Below are positions 1 to 9,118 of a stretch of 64,000 nucleotides of DNA, piece by piece; the stretch's first letter is position 1, and each line of letters begins with the position of its first letter. Below the pieces are notes generated by a model. It worked only from the letters and a program-made list of their open reading frames with translations, did no database searches and had not been told where the DNA came from. The stretch is from an uncultured Alphaproteobacteria bacterium (GTDB taxonomy: Bacteria; Pseudomonadota; Alphaproteobacteria; Geminicoccales; Geminicoccaceae). Where the stretch lies: positions 327,190-391,189 of the forward strand of contig CALOAB010000004.1 of assembly GCA_942491185.1 (NCBI GenBank). The letters run 5' to 3'. Both the position numbers and the translations under genes were made by a program.

Positions 1-240
1 AGCGCCTGGGACACAGCGGACCAGCCGCGGCAATTGATGCGCGGCGGCACGCACCAAAAGAGCATGAAGCCGTTCTTCTCCGGCGAGATGGCCAGCAGCG
101 CCTTCACCAGCGTCTGGGTTCCCGCCCGCATCAACCCCTTCTGGGTGCGCTGCGACGCCTGCGGCCGGATGAGCGACGGCGAGCCGAGCGGGCAATGCGG
201 CTGCGGGGCGGCGCTGCCGGAGCATCCCCCCTACTGGTAG
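1..240 (+). CDS. 3' end of an unidentified CDS entering from upstream of the window
   Basis: Frame 1 is open from base 1 to the TAG at 238-240. The Cys-rich tail (RCDACGRMSDGEPSGQCGCG) looks zinc-ribbon-like. No family recognised. Confidence 0.3.
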   Translation, partial: SAWDTADQPRQLMRGGTHQKSMKPFFSGEMASSAFTSVWVPARINPFWVRCDACGRMSDGEPSGQCGCGAALPEHPPYW

Positions 241-252
241 GCGCCAGCCGGC

Positions 253-999
253 TCAGCGGGCGAGGATCGCCTTATCCCGGCTTTCCTTGTCGCGCACCCG
301 GGCCGCGGCGCGGGCGGCCGGGCTCTTCATCGAGAGGCGCGCCTCGGCGAAGCGCACGCCCTGGGTGACGACGAAGTTCATCAGAAGGTAGAAGGCGCCG
401 GCGACGACGAAGACCTCCACGGGCCGGAAGGTCGAGGCGATGATCGTCTTGGCGATGCCGGTGACCTCGAGAATGGTGATGGTGGAGGCCAGCGAGCTCG
501 CCTTGACCATCAAGATGATCTCGTTGCCGTAGGCGGGCAGCGCCTGGCGCATGGCGATGGGGAAGGTGAGCCGGCGAAACAGCTGCAGCCCGGTCATGCC
601 GACCGCGCGGCCGGCCTCCAGCTGGCCATGCGGCACCGACTGGATGCCGCCTCGGATGATCTCGCTCGTATAGGCGCCGGTGTTGAGCGTCAGCGCCAGC
701 ACCGCGCAGAACCAGGCGTCGCGGAAGAACACCCAGAGCCCCAAACTCTCGAAGAACGGTCGGAACTGCCCCGAGCCGTAATAGATGAGGAAGATCTGGA
801 CCAGGAGCGGCGTGCTGCGGAAGACGTAGACGAAGCCATAAGCCGCGCCGCTCACCAGGCGATTGTCGCTGAGCCGCATCAGCGCCACGACCACGGCAAG
901 CACAAACCCGAGCAAGAGCGACTGGACGACCAGCAGGATCGTCACCGGCACGCCGGCGGCGAGCTTCCAGAAAACGTCAGTTAGAAAGGCCAGGTCCAT
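253..999 (-). CDS. polar amino-acid/opine ABC transporter permease (HisM/NocM-like)
   Basis: 248-aa multi-TM ORF with the permease core GGIQSVPHGQLEAGRAVGMTGLQLFRRLTFPIAMRQALPAYGNE. Its start overlaps the stop of the upstream permease at 999. Confidence 0.9.
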   Translation of the reverse strand: MDLAFLTDVFWKLAAGVPVTILLVVQSLLLGFVLAVVVALMRLSDNRLVSGAAYGFVYVFRSTPLLVQIFLIYYGSGQFRPFFESLGLWVFFRDAWFCAVLALTLNTGAYTSEIIRGGIQSVPHGQLEAGRAVGMTGLQLFRRLTFPIAMRQALPAYGNEIILMVKASSLASTITILEVTGIAKTIIASTFRPVEVFVVAGAFYLLMNFVVTQGVRFAEARLSMKSPAARAAARVRDKESRDKAILAR

Positions 1000-1709
1000 C
1001 AGGCCCGCCTGACGCCGCGATTGGCCCAGCTCTCGGCGGCGTTGAAGCCGCGATTGGAGAGCGAGGTCAGGCCCAGATAGAGCACAGCGGCAACCAGGTA
1101 GAAGGTGAAGGGCTCCTTGGTCGAGCCCGCGGCGATCGCCGCCTGGCGCATGATCTCGACCAGCCCGATCACCGAGATGAGCGAGGTGTCCTTGAGCGTG
1201 AACTGCCAGACATTGCCGAGCCCGGGCAGCGCGAAGCGGGCCACTTGCGGCACCAGAACCCGCCAGAAGCGCTGGCCCTTGCTCATGCCGATGGCGATCG
1301 CCGCCTCGATCTGCCCCTTGGGCACGCTTTGGACGGCCCCTCGGATCACCTCGGCCGAGTAGGCGCCGGCGCTGACCCCGATGCAGATCATGCCGGTGAG
1401 GAAGATCGGCAGATCGATATAGCCCTCGTAGCCGAACATCCCGCTGGCGATGGCGCGAAGGGCCGCACCACCGCCGAAGAAGACGAGATAGATGACCAGG
1501 AGCTCCGGGATGCCGCGAACGACCGTCGTGTAGATCGCCGCCAGCCAGCGCAAGGGCGGCAGCGACGAGAGCTTCATCGCGGCCAGCCCGGTGCCGATCA
1601 GGATGCCGAGCGAATAGGCGCAGACCGCAACGGCCAGGGTGACGACGGCACCTCTGGCCAGATCGTCACCCCAGCCGGCATCCCCCCAGGCGAGGAGCGA
1701 GAAATCCAC
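999..1709 (-). CDS. polar amino-acid/opine ABC transporter permease (HisQ/NocQ-like)
   Basis: 236-aa multi-TM ORF of the same family (GAVQSVPKGQIEAAIAIGMSKGQRFWRVLVPQVARFALPGLGN). Confidence 0.9.
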   Translation of the reverse strand: MDFSLLAWGDAGWGDDLARGAVVTLAVAVCAYSLGILIGTGLAAMKLSSLPPLRWLAAIYTTVVRGIPELLVIYLVFFGGGAALRAIASGMFGYEGYIDLPIFLTGMICIGVSAGAYSAEVIRGAVQSVPKGQIEAAIAIGMSKGQRFWRVLVPQVARFALPGLGNVWQFTLKDTSLISVIGLVEIMRQAAIAAGSTKEPFTFYLVAAVLYLGLTSLSNRGFNAAESWANRGVRRA

Positions 1710-1733
1710 CTGCCGCGGCCCGGGCCCGGCCGA

Positions 1734-2573
1734 TCAATCCGTGGTCGCGGTGTCGAAGCCGAACCACTTGATCGCGAGCTCGGTCACCGTGCCGTCCTCG
1801 AGCGCCGCCCCGATCGCCTCGTTGAACTGCTCGAGCAATGCGGTGTCCTCCTTGCGGATGCCGACGCCCACGCCGTTGCCGAAGATGCCGCGCGAGAAGC
1901 CGGGCCCGACCCGCATGAAGTCCTCGCCCAGGTCACCCTCGAGCAGCGGCTGCCAGCCGCTCTGGTCGGCCAGCGCCAGATCGATGCGGCCGGCCTGCAG
2001 GTCGAGATCGAGGTTCTCCTGGGTGTCGTAGGCGCGGATCTCGATATCGCCCATGTGCTCGCGGAGGAAGCTCTCGTGGATGGTGGCGGTCTGCACCCCC
2101 ACGGTCAGGCCCGAGAGCAGCTCACGGATCTGGTCGATGAGCGCCTGCTCGTCGGGCGAGATCTCCGCCATGTCGACGCGGATCTCGGGCAGCCCGGCGG
2201 CGGCGAGGTCGCTGTCCTTGGGGACGACGAAGATGGCCGGCGTGGTGGCGTAGGAGCGGGTGAAGTCGATCACCTCGCGCCTGGCGTCGGTGATCGACAT
2301 CCCGGCCATGATGGCGTCGTAGCGGCCGGCCTGCAGGGCCGGGATGATGCCGTCCCAGGCCTGGGCCACGAGCGTGCACTCGGCGTTCATCCGGGCGCAG
2401 AGATCCTCCATCAGCTCGGGCTCGAAGCCGTCCAGCTCACCGGCGGCGTTGGTGAAGTTCCAGGGCGCGTAGGCGCCCTCGGTGGCGACGCGAATGGTGC
2501 TCCAGTCCTGTGCCGCGGCATGGCCGGCGGCGAGGAGACCGAGCGTCAGGGCGAAGGGGGCTAGACGGTTCAT
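1734..2573 (-). CDS. periplasmic substrate-binding protein, family 3 (Lys/Arg/Orn/opine-type)
   Basis: 279 aa with a signal peptide (MNRLAPFALTLGLLAAGHAAA). IRVATEGAYAPWNF and GVGIRKED are typical of polar amino-acid binding proteins. Confidence 0.9.
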   Translation of the reverse strand: MNRLAPFALTLGLLAAGHAAAQDWSTIRVATEGAYAPWNFTNAAGELDGFEPELMEDLCARMNAECTLVAQAWDGIIPALQAGRYDAIMAGMSITDARREVIDFTRSYATTPAIFVVPKDSDLAAAGLPEIRVDMAEISPDEQALIDQIRELLSGLTVGVQTATIHESFLREHMGDIEIRAYDTQENLDLDLQAGRIDLALADQSGWQPLLEGDLGEDFMRVGPGFSRGIFGNGVGVGIRKEDTALLEQFNEAIGAALEDGTVTELAIKWFGFDTATTD

Positions 2574-2619
2574 CGGGTGTGTCCTCCAGTTTGGGTTGGC
2601 GCCAATAGGGGTGCCGCGA

Positions 2620-3405
2620 TCACAGCACGCTTGCGAGAAATCGGCGGCAACGCTCGCTCTGCGGGTTGCCGAACAGCTCGGCCGGGGCGTTCTCCTCCTC
2701 GATCAGACCGTCGGCGAGAAACAGCACGCGGTTCGAGACCTCGCGGGCAAAGCCCATCTCGTGGGTGACGACGATCATGGTGCGCCCCTCGGCGGCGAGA
2801 TCGCGCATCACCTTCAAGACCTCGCCCACGAGCTCGGGGTCGAGCGCCGAGGTCGGCTCGTCGAACAACAGCACCTGCGGCTGCATGCAGAGCGCCCGGG
2901 CGATTGCAACGCGCTGCTGCTGGCCGCCCGAGAGCTCGACCGGATAGGCGTCGTGCTTGTCGGCGATGCCGACCTTGGCGAGCAGCGCCATCGCCCGGTC
3001 GCGCACCTCGGCCTTGGGCTCGCGCAGCACCGTGACCGGGCCCTCCATGACGTTCTGCAAGACCGTCATGTGCGACCAGAGATTGAAGCCCTGGAACACC
3101 ATGCCGAGCTTCGCCCGGATCCGGCTGAGCTGCGCCTGATCGCTGATCACCGGCTGGCCCAGCCGGTCGTGCTTGATGCGGATTTCCTCGCCGCCGACGA
3201 CGATCCGCCCATCGTCCGGCGTCTCGAGGAAGTTGATGCAGCGCAGGAACGTGCTCTTGCCCGAGCCCGATGCGCCGATGATCGAGATCACGTCCTCGGA
3301 CGCGGCCGTCATCGAGATGCCCTTGAGCACCTCGAGGCTACCAAAGCGCTTCTTGATTCCCTCCGCCACCAGCGAAGCGACGTGATCAGTCATGTTGCGG
3401 CGCAA
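2620..3405 (-). CDS. amino-acid ABC transporter ATP-binding protein (HisP/NocP-like)
   Basis: Walker [10 protein letters not shown], signature [15 protein letters not shown], Walker [12 protein letters not shown]. The order ATPase-SBP-permease-permease resembles nocPTQM-type importers. Confidence 0.92.
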   Translation of the reverse strand: MRRNMTDHVASLVAEGIKKRFGSLEVLKGISMTAASEDVISIIGASGSGKSTFLRCINFLETPDDGRIVVGGEEIRIKHDRLGQPVISDQAQLSRIRAKLGMVFQGFNLWSHMTVLQNVMEGPVTVLREPKAEVRDRAMALLAKVGIADKHDAYPVELSGGQQQRVAIARALCMQPQVLLFDEPTSALDPELVGEVLKVMRDLAAEGRTMIVVTHEMGFAREVSNRVLFLADGLIEEENAPAELFGNPQSERCRRFLASVL

Positions 3406-3482
3406 CCCCTCTTATGGACTTGACGGTAAAGAGGGAATTCGCCGACGGCAAGCCTGCACGCAGCCTTCCATCGGCGACCAGC

Positions 3483-4403
3483 TCAGCTCTCCGGCAGCGG
3501 GATGTACTCGGCGTCGCCGGGCACCGCGCCGAACCGCCCGGCCTGCCAATCCGCCTTGGCCGCGTCGATCCGTTCACGGCGCGACGAGACGAAATTCCAC
3601 CAGATATAGCGCGGCCCATCCATGGCGGCCCCGCCCAGGAGCATGAAGCGGCAGGGCGCCAGCGCCTCGACCGTCAGCCGATCGCCCGGGCGCAGCACCA
3701 GGAGCCGACCGGCATCGTGGGTGTCGCCGGCGATCTGGACCCGCCCCTCGACCAGATAGAGCGCCCGCTCCTCGTGCTCGGCGTCGATCGGCAGGCTGGC
3801 GCCGGGCTCGAGCGAGACGTCGGCATAGACGGCCTCGCTCGCCATCGGCACCGGCGAGCTGGCGCCGTAGGCCCGGCCCGCGATGAGGCGGACCCGCGCC
3901 CCGTCGCCTTCGATGATCGGCAGGCTCTCGGCCGGATGATGCGAGAAGTCCGGCGCGCACTCCTCGGCGTCGCGCGGCAGGGCGACCCAGGCCTGGATGC
4001 CAAAGAGGCTGCTGGGCGCCACCCGATCATCGGTGGGTGTCCGCTCGGAATGCGCGATGCCCCGGCCAGCCGTCATCAGGTTCACAGCACCCGGCTCGAT
4101 CGGCAGCGCCGTGCCGAGGCTGTCGCGATGCATCACCCGACCGCTGAACAGGTAGGTTACCGTGGCGAGGCCGATATGCGGGTGCGGCCGAACGTCGAGC
4201 CCGGCATCGGTGAGAAACTCGCCCGGACCCATCTGGTCGAAGAAGACGAACGGCCCGACCATCCGCTGCTGCTTCGACGGCAAGGCCCGCCTGACCTCGA
4301 AATTGCCGATATCGCCGGTGCGCGGAATGACGACGGTCTGGATCGGATCGATCTCGGCAGAACTGAAACGGCTTTCCGCCTCGCTGCACTCGTGCCAGCT
4401 CAT
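3483..4403 (-). CDS. pirin family protein
   Basis: Bicupin/pirin signatures HPHIGLATVTYLFSGRVMHRDSLG and LMTAGRGIAHSE. Start placed at ATG 4403, which has a GGAG upstream; the ORF track allows a start at 4487. Confidence 0.85.
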   Translation of the reverse strand: MSWHECSEAESRFSSAEIDPIQTVVIPRTGDIGNFEVRRALPSKQQRMVGPFVFFDQMGPGEFLTDAGLDVRPHPHIGLATVTYLFSGRVMHRDSLGTALPIEPGAVNLMTAGRGIAHSERTPTDDRVAPSSLFGIQAWVALPRDAEECAPDFSHHPAESLPIIEGDGARVRLIAGRAYGASSPVPMASEAVYADVSLEPGASLPIDAEHEERALYLVEGRVQIAGDTHDAGRLLVLRPGDRLTVEALAPCRFMLLGGAAMDGPRYIWWNFVSSRRERIDAAKADWQAGRFGAVPGDAEYIPLPES

Positions 4404-5356
4404 CACCTCATCTCCTGCTGCGCCCTGTTTCGACCACCTATGCCCGAGATCCAGCCCGGCGCAACCACCCGGCACGTGAGCAGCCATCTCGTGCCCGACC
4501 GATCACCACAGGTCGCTGCCGGCGTCCAATCCGCATCTGGCCCGCTTGTCGCTACATCGCTGCCTCGAGTGGGCTGGGATTGGCCGCTTGCCGAATGTCG
4601 ACGGCGACAAGCCGGCCAGGACGGCGCTCGATCTCTGCCCCATCGGCTGCGTCCAGCTGGAGCTGGTTGGGCCACGCCAAGCAGCAGGCAAGCGCCAGCT
4701 CTGCATCACGATCGACCGCAGGTCCAAACCCGCCTTCGTCCAGCTGGTCGAGTGCGCCAACAGCGAATCCGCCATGCGCGAAGAACGGTCAAGCCGTCTG
4801 GATGAGCCGAGCGATCAAGGGCGCCGCCACAGCGCGCTGCCACGACGACGACCACGAGCAGCCGAGGCGGCACCTCGAAACCGTCGCCCACGCCGGCGAC
4901 CTCGCTTGCCGCCCGAAGGCCATGGGCGGTTGCACACGCTGTGAACGCATCTGCCGATGCTGGACAAAGCGGCCCGAACGATACGGCAGCGGCCACCCAG
5001 CAAATGCCGAGACGAAATGGTCAGGTACAGCGGGCATTCGAGCGACTTGAGGATGGTGAATAGCTCGTCGGACGATCGCGCCGCCAGCCAACGGCGTGGG
5101 AGACCATCGGCTGTCGTCGGTCCAATCCCGTTGGCCGCTCGGCTGCGTGTGCGACGCGCGAGCGAGCGTCCTTTGGCGACCGACGGCGTGAGTGTGGCGA
5201 TGCCCCATGCGGCATCCCTGCGACAGCAAGGCACCAACGACCTGGGCGCGCTCGTTGAAGGGTCGCCTTGCTGTGGCCCGTTCGCTAACCTATCTCTCCG
5301 GCAACGATCGCCGCTGGCCGGCTGCACCCGACCAGCGCAAGCTTGGAGATAGCGCG

Positions 5357-6022
5357 ATGGCGCAGGCTGCCGCCCAAATGTCCGACGAGATCACGACCGA
5401 CGAGCTGTTCGACTACGCGCGGTTGGCTGCCACGCCGCTGCAATCCGACCCTTACGGGCATGTTCTGGTTGAGAGTTTCGTCTACGGGCAGGCGCAGGGC
5501 GCGCTCATTCGTGATTACCCGGAGATCACCGGACCAGGCAATGTCGAGCCGGGAGACGTCCCGCAGGGACCCGCCTTCGACGTGCTGATCGCCGAGCTCG
5601 AGAGTGACCGTTTCAAGAACGCGATCGGCGAGAAGTTCGGCATCGATCTCAGCAATACCGAGGCGACGATCGGGCTGCGCGCCTTTGCAGAGGCGACCGA
5701 TGGGCGAATCCATCATGATCATCGCTCGAAGCTCATCACCTTGCTGCTCTACTTCAACGAGAGTTGGGACTCGGCTGGTGGCAAGCTGCGGATATGCCGG
5801 ACCGAGCACGATATCGAGGACTACGCGACCGAGGTCGAGCCGCTCTCCGGCACGCTGATCGCCTTCCACAACACGCCCACCTCCTGGCACGGCCACAAGC
5901 AGCATGTCGGTGTTCGTCGAATGCTGCAGCTCAGCTTCCGCGACATGTCCGGCACGGTCGGGCTCGAGCGAAAGGTCTCGCGGCTGACGAAGCCCATCCG
6001 GCGTTTGCTCAATATGAGCTGA
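5357..6022 (+). CDS. 2OG-Fe(II) oxygenase family protein (prolyl-hydroxylase-like)
   Basis: About 221 aa from ATG 5357 (GGAGAT upstream). Candidate HxD...H triad (IHHDHRS ... SWHGH) and the LLLYFNESWDSAGGKLRI motif typical of the 2OG-FeII_Oxy_3-type fold. Confidence 0.7.
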   Translation: MAQAAAQMSDEITTDELFDYARLAATPLQSDPYGHVLVESFVYGQAQGALIRDYPEITGPGNVEPGDVPQGPAFDVLIAELESDRFKNAIGEKFGIDLSNTEATIGLRAFAEATDGRIHHDHRSKLITLLLYFNESWDSAGGKLRICRTEHDIEDYATEVEPLSGTLIAFHNTPTSWHGHKQHVGVRRMLQLSFRDMSGTVGLERKVSRLTKPIRRLLNMS

Positions 6023-6180
6023 GCGGCAGTCCCGAAAGCCGTCGCGCGTCGACGCGCGAGCCAGACCACTTCTTGCCATCGCCTGGGTCCGCGGCACGAC
6101 GCCCACGGCCCGGCCCGGTCACCATCCGACGCAAACCAGCCGGCTGGCAGCTGGGCGTTGGCGCAGTCGCGCTTTCCGCA

Positions 6181-6393
6181 TCATGGCTCGCCGATCGCGG
6201 CGCCTACCTCGCCACCGACGGTTCCCCAGAGCCCGGTGGCCGAATCACTGAGCAGCACCAACGAGCCGATGGCGATGATCGCGACCATCGAGCCCAGCAA
6301 GGCGTACTCGATCGCGACAGCGCCGCGCCGGTCGCTGTGCACAGCGGGCGCGGATGGCGCCTTCGCGACCTCGGTAGTGCGCAGCTGGGGCAT
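6181..6393 (-). CDS. flp: Flp family type IVb pilin
   Basis: 70-aa ORF with the prepilin motif DRRG|AVAIEYALLGSMVAIIAIGSLVLL (G/xxxxEY followed by a hydrophobic helix). The true start may lie further downstream in the ORF, giving a shorter leader. Confidence 0.7.
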   Translation of the reverse strand: MPQLRTTEVAKAPSAPAVHSDRRGAVAIEYALLGSMVAIIAIGSLVLLSDSATGLWGTVGGEVGAAIGEP

Positions 6394-6471
6394 GGAGCGA
6401 TAGTCCTCGACAGGGAGGCAGATCGCTGCACACTACAGTCTGTTCGTTAAGTTTCGGTTACCAGGCCGGCC

Positions 6472-7473
6472 TCAAGCGGCAATCGCCGACTCTTGCCGCG
6501 GTGCCAGCGGCTGCAGCAGTTCAGCACCGACCAGCTCATCCTGCATGCCTTCGCTCAGCCGCCGTCGCCAGCCACGCGCCCCAGGCTCGCCATTGTAGAG
6601 GCCGAGCAAGTGGCGCGCGATCGCGCGCAGCGGCGTGCCGCCGGCCATCGCCGCCTCGGCGTAGACGCGCATCTCCGCGAGCAGCGCCGCCCTATCCGGC
6701 TCCGCGTGGCCGGCATCCTGCAATGCGCGCGTGAAGGCGCCGAGCAGCATCGGGTTTTGGTAGGCGGCACGGCCGATCATGATCCCGTCGACCGCCGCAA
6801 GCCGAGCCCCCGCCGCCTCGGGCTCGATAATTCCCCCGTTCAACACGATGGTCAGGTCCGGTCGCCGTGCCTTGAGCCGTGCCACCCGCGCATGGTTCAA
6901 CGGCGGCACCTCGCGGTTCTCCTTGGGGCTCAATCCCTTCAGCCAAGCCTTGCGGGCGTGGACGATGAAAACCCGACAGCCGGCAGCCGCCACGCAGTCG
7001 ACGAACCGATCGAGGAACACCTCCTCGTCGCTGTCATCGATGCCGATCCGGCACTTGACCGTGACCGGCTTCGTGGTCACAGCAGCCATCGCCTCGACAC
7101 ATGCTGCAACCCGCTCGGGCTCGGCCATCAGGCTGGCACCGAAGCGGCCATTCTGCACCCGATCGGACGGGCAGCCGCAATTGAGGTTGATCTCCGCATA
7201 AGCCCAGGCCTCGGCGATCTCGACGGTGCGCGCCAGGGCCTCCGGCTCGCTGCCGCCGAGCTGCAGCGCCACCGGGCCTTCGCGCCGATCGAAATCGAGA
7301 AACCGCGCCGGATCGGCGTGCAGGATGGCACCTGTCGTCACCATCTCGGTATAGAGCAGCGCCTTGGGCGCCAGCAGCCGGTGGAAGAACCGGCAATGCC
7401 GATCGGTCCAATCCATCATCGGTGCGACGCACAAGCGGCGGTCGAGAGCGGGTGGTGTCACGGTGCGCATCAT
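6472..7473 (-). CDS. dusA: tRNA dihydrouridine(20/20a) synthase DusA
   Basis: 333 aa. CVAPMMDWTDRHCRFFHRLL, LYTEMV and NLNCGCPSDRV are DusA hallmarks. Confidence 0.9.
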   Translation of the reverse strand: MMRTVTPPALDRRLCVAPMMDWTDRHCRFFHRLLAPKALLYTEMVTTGAILHADPARFLDFDRREGPVALQLGGSEPEALARTVEIAEAWAYAEINLNCGCPSDRVQNGRFGASLMAEPERVAACVEAMAAVTTKPVTVKCRIGIDDSDEEVFLDRFVDCVAAAGCRVFIVHARKAWLKGLSPKENREVPPLNHARVARLKARRPDLTIVLNGGIIEPEAAGARLAAVDGIMIGRAAYQNPMLLGAFTRALQDAGHAEPDRAALLAEMRVYAEAAMAGGTPLRAIARHLLGLYNGEPGARGWRRRLSEGMQDELVGAELLQPLAPRQESAIAA

Positions 7474-7619
7474 ACGAGTTGTTGGCGACCAGTCGCATAT
7501 AGGGCGCCGAGGCGTCTCACGTCACCCCGCCCCGGCGACGTTAGCCAGACGCAGCCGCGAATCGCCAAGCGTTGCCTCGATCCCGGCGGTACTGACGACC
7601 CGGCGGCGTCGCCGTGCAG

Positions 7620-8852
7620 CTAAGCCGGTATCCCGTGCTCGTCCCTGCTCAGTACGCGCAGCCGGGAGAAAAGGTCGTCGTGGTCGACATAGCAACCATC
7701 CAGGCGGCGCCGGCCGCCGGCCGGATCGAACGCGTCCCGACCATGCAGGATGCGGCGATTGTCGAAGACGACCAGATCGCCCGGTGCGAATGGGTAGCGG
7801 CAGACGAACCGCGGCTCTCCGGCGAGCCGGCTGAGCAATCTGACGGCGCGGTAGGCACGCGGAATGTCGGCCTCCGCCATGTCGGGGTCGGCACGGAGCG
7901 CGTTGGCATAACGAATCTCGGCAATGCTGCCGTCCTGGCCGAGCCTGATGATCGTCCCGCTCCAGCGGTAATCGAAGTTGCGATGTCGATTGGTGAACAC
8001 CCAAGGCAGCGTGGTCAGCGCGTCGAAGGCCTCCGGCTCTTGCGTGCGCAGCACCTCGGCCAGCCGAAAGCCGTCGGTCATCGTGCTCTGGCCGTCCGGG
8101 CAGGTGTTCTCGCGGCAATGCAGCAGCTGCAGGCCCGGCTGCGTCTCGCGCGTCGGCAGGTCCGTGTGGCCGGTGAGCGCGGCTGCCGTGTAGGCATTGC
8201 TGTCCGGGTTGGGCTTCGATTGCACCGTGAACAGATAGCCGAAGCTCGTGGCACGGATGGCACCAATCCGCTCGGCCACAAGCTGCACCATGCCGTCCTC
8301 GTCCGGCAACCCGCGGAGCCGAGCGAGGCCGTACCGGCGGGTGGCCACCAGCCACTCGAGCAGGGCCTGATCGTCGGCGAGCACCGCCGGACCGTCGAAG
8401 CTGACGGGCTCCGGCATGTCGTCTGCCTGCCAGCTCACCTGCGCCGGCAGCGACGCTTCGGGATGCCACCGGCCATTGGCCTTGCTCCGCAGCCAGCCAG
8501 GGTGGTGCCGCGTCTCGGCGTTGTCCGGTGCCCAGCGGAGAACCAGCGCACCGCTCGGCTCGATCGCGGCTCGGGCGATCGCGAGGTCGTCCGGCAGCAG
8601 GGCGACATCCAGGTCGCGCTCCCGGGTCGTCGGATTGACCGTGCCGTCGCCCACCACATTCTCACGCAGCCAGAAGCGGTTGAAGCGATGGACCAGGCCG
8701 TCCTGCCAGGTCACGGCCAGCCCCTCGGCCTCGATCTCCAGGCCGACGATCGCGCAGCCAACGGGGTAGGTGACGAAGTCCGGTGTTTGGGGAAGGCCGA
8801 GGTCGGGCGCTGCCGACGATGTAATCGCTGCCGTGGCGCGCAGGGCGCTCAT
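7620..8852 (-). CDS. TauD/TfdA-family Fe(II)/2OG dioxygenase, gamma-butyrobetaine hydroxylase-like
   Basis: About 410 aa from ATG 8852. N-terminal DUF971-like part (GLAVTWQDGLVHRFNRFWLREN) plus a dioxygenase core (GHTDLPTRETQPGLQLLHC ... RRILHGR). Confidence 0.8.
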   Translation of the reverse strand: MSALRATAAITSSAAPDLGLPQTPDFVTYPVGCAIVGLEIEAEGLAVTWQDGLVHRFNRFWLRENVVGDGTVNPTTRERDLDVALLPDDLAIARAAIEPSGALVLRWAPDNAETRHHPGWLRSKANGRWHPEASLPAQVSWQADDMPEPVSFDGPAVLADDQALLEWLVATRRYGLARLRGLPDEDGMVQLVAERIGAIRATSFGYLFTVQSKPNPDSNAYTAAALTGHTDLPTRETQPGLQLLHCRENTCPDGQSTMTDGFRLAEVLRTQEPEAFDALTTLPWVFTNRHRNFDYRWSGTIIRLGQDGSIAEIRYANALRADPDMAEADIPRAYRAVRLLSRLAGEPRFVCRYPFAPGDLVVFDNRRILHGRDAFDPAGGRRRLDGCYVDHDDLFSRLRVLSRDEHGIPA

Positions 8853-9118
8853 GTCCGGTGGTCCAGCACAAGGGTGCCGATCGCTCGCGTTCGCGAGATC
8901 GACCCGTTCCGGACACGCGGCATCGCTGTCAGCCGGTCGCCTTAGGTGTCCTGACGTCTCGAGTTCAGTCCCGTCCACGTCTGATCCCTTTCATGCAGGG
9001 TTGCATCCGCGCGGCTTAGCGGCCCGCCGACTTTGCGAACAATGCCGCGTCCGGGGCTGACGTGATCGATCGAAACAGGCAACTTATCGGTCGAAACGAT
9101 CAAAGAAGCTCGCCGCAC

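Noticed and set aside
1245-2564. 439-aa plus-strand ORF across the permease/SBP genes. Similar very long ORFs: 3414-4805(+), 12415-13875(-), 32797-34899(+), 38963-40225(-), 43050-45173(-), 45113-46720(-), 50299-52452(-), 57822-59621(+), 60421-61728(+).
   Set aside because: All lie antisense to genes with clear family signatures. Their translations are Arg/Gly/Asp/Pro-rich low-complexity strings typical of shadow ORFs in GC-rich DNA.
253-3405. Interpretation of the ABC importer as an opine (nopaline/octopine) uptake system indicating a plasmid or symbiosis island.
   Set aside because: Only the gene order resembles nocPTQM. No opine catabolic genes are adjacent, and this transporter family is common for basic amino acids.
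6472-7620. dusA as a known integration hotspot for integrative elements.
   Set aside because: No integrase, excisionase or duplicated dusA 5' segment is present on either side. The neighbours are ordinary metabolic and regulatory genes.
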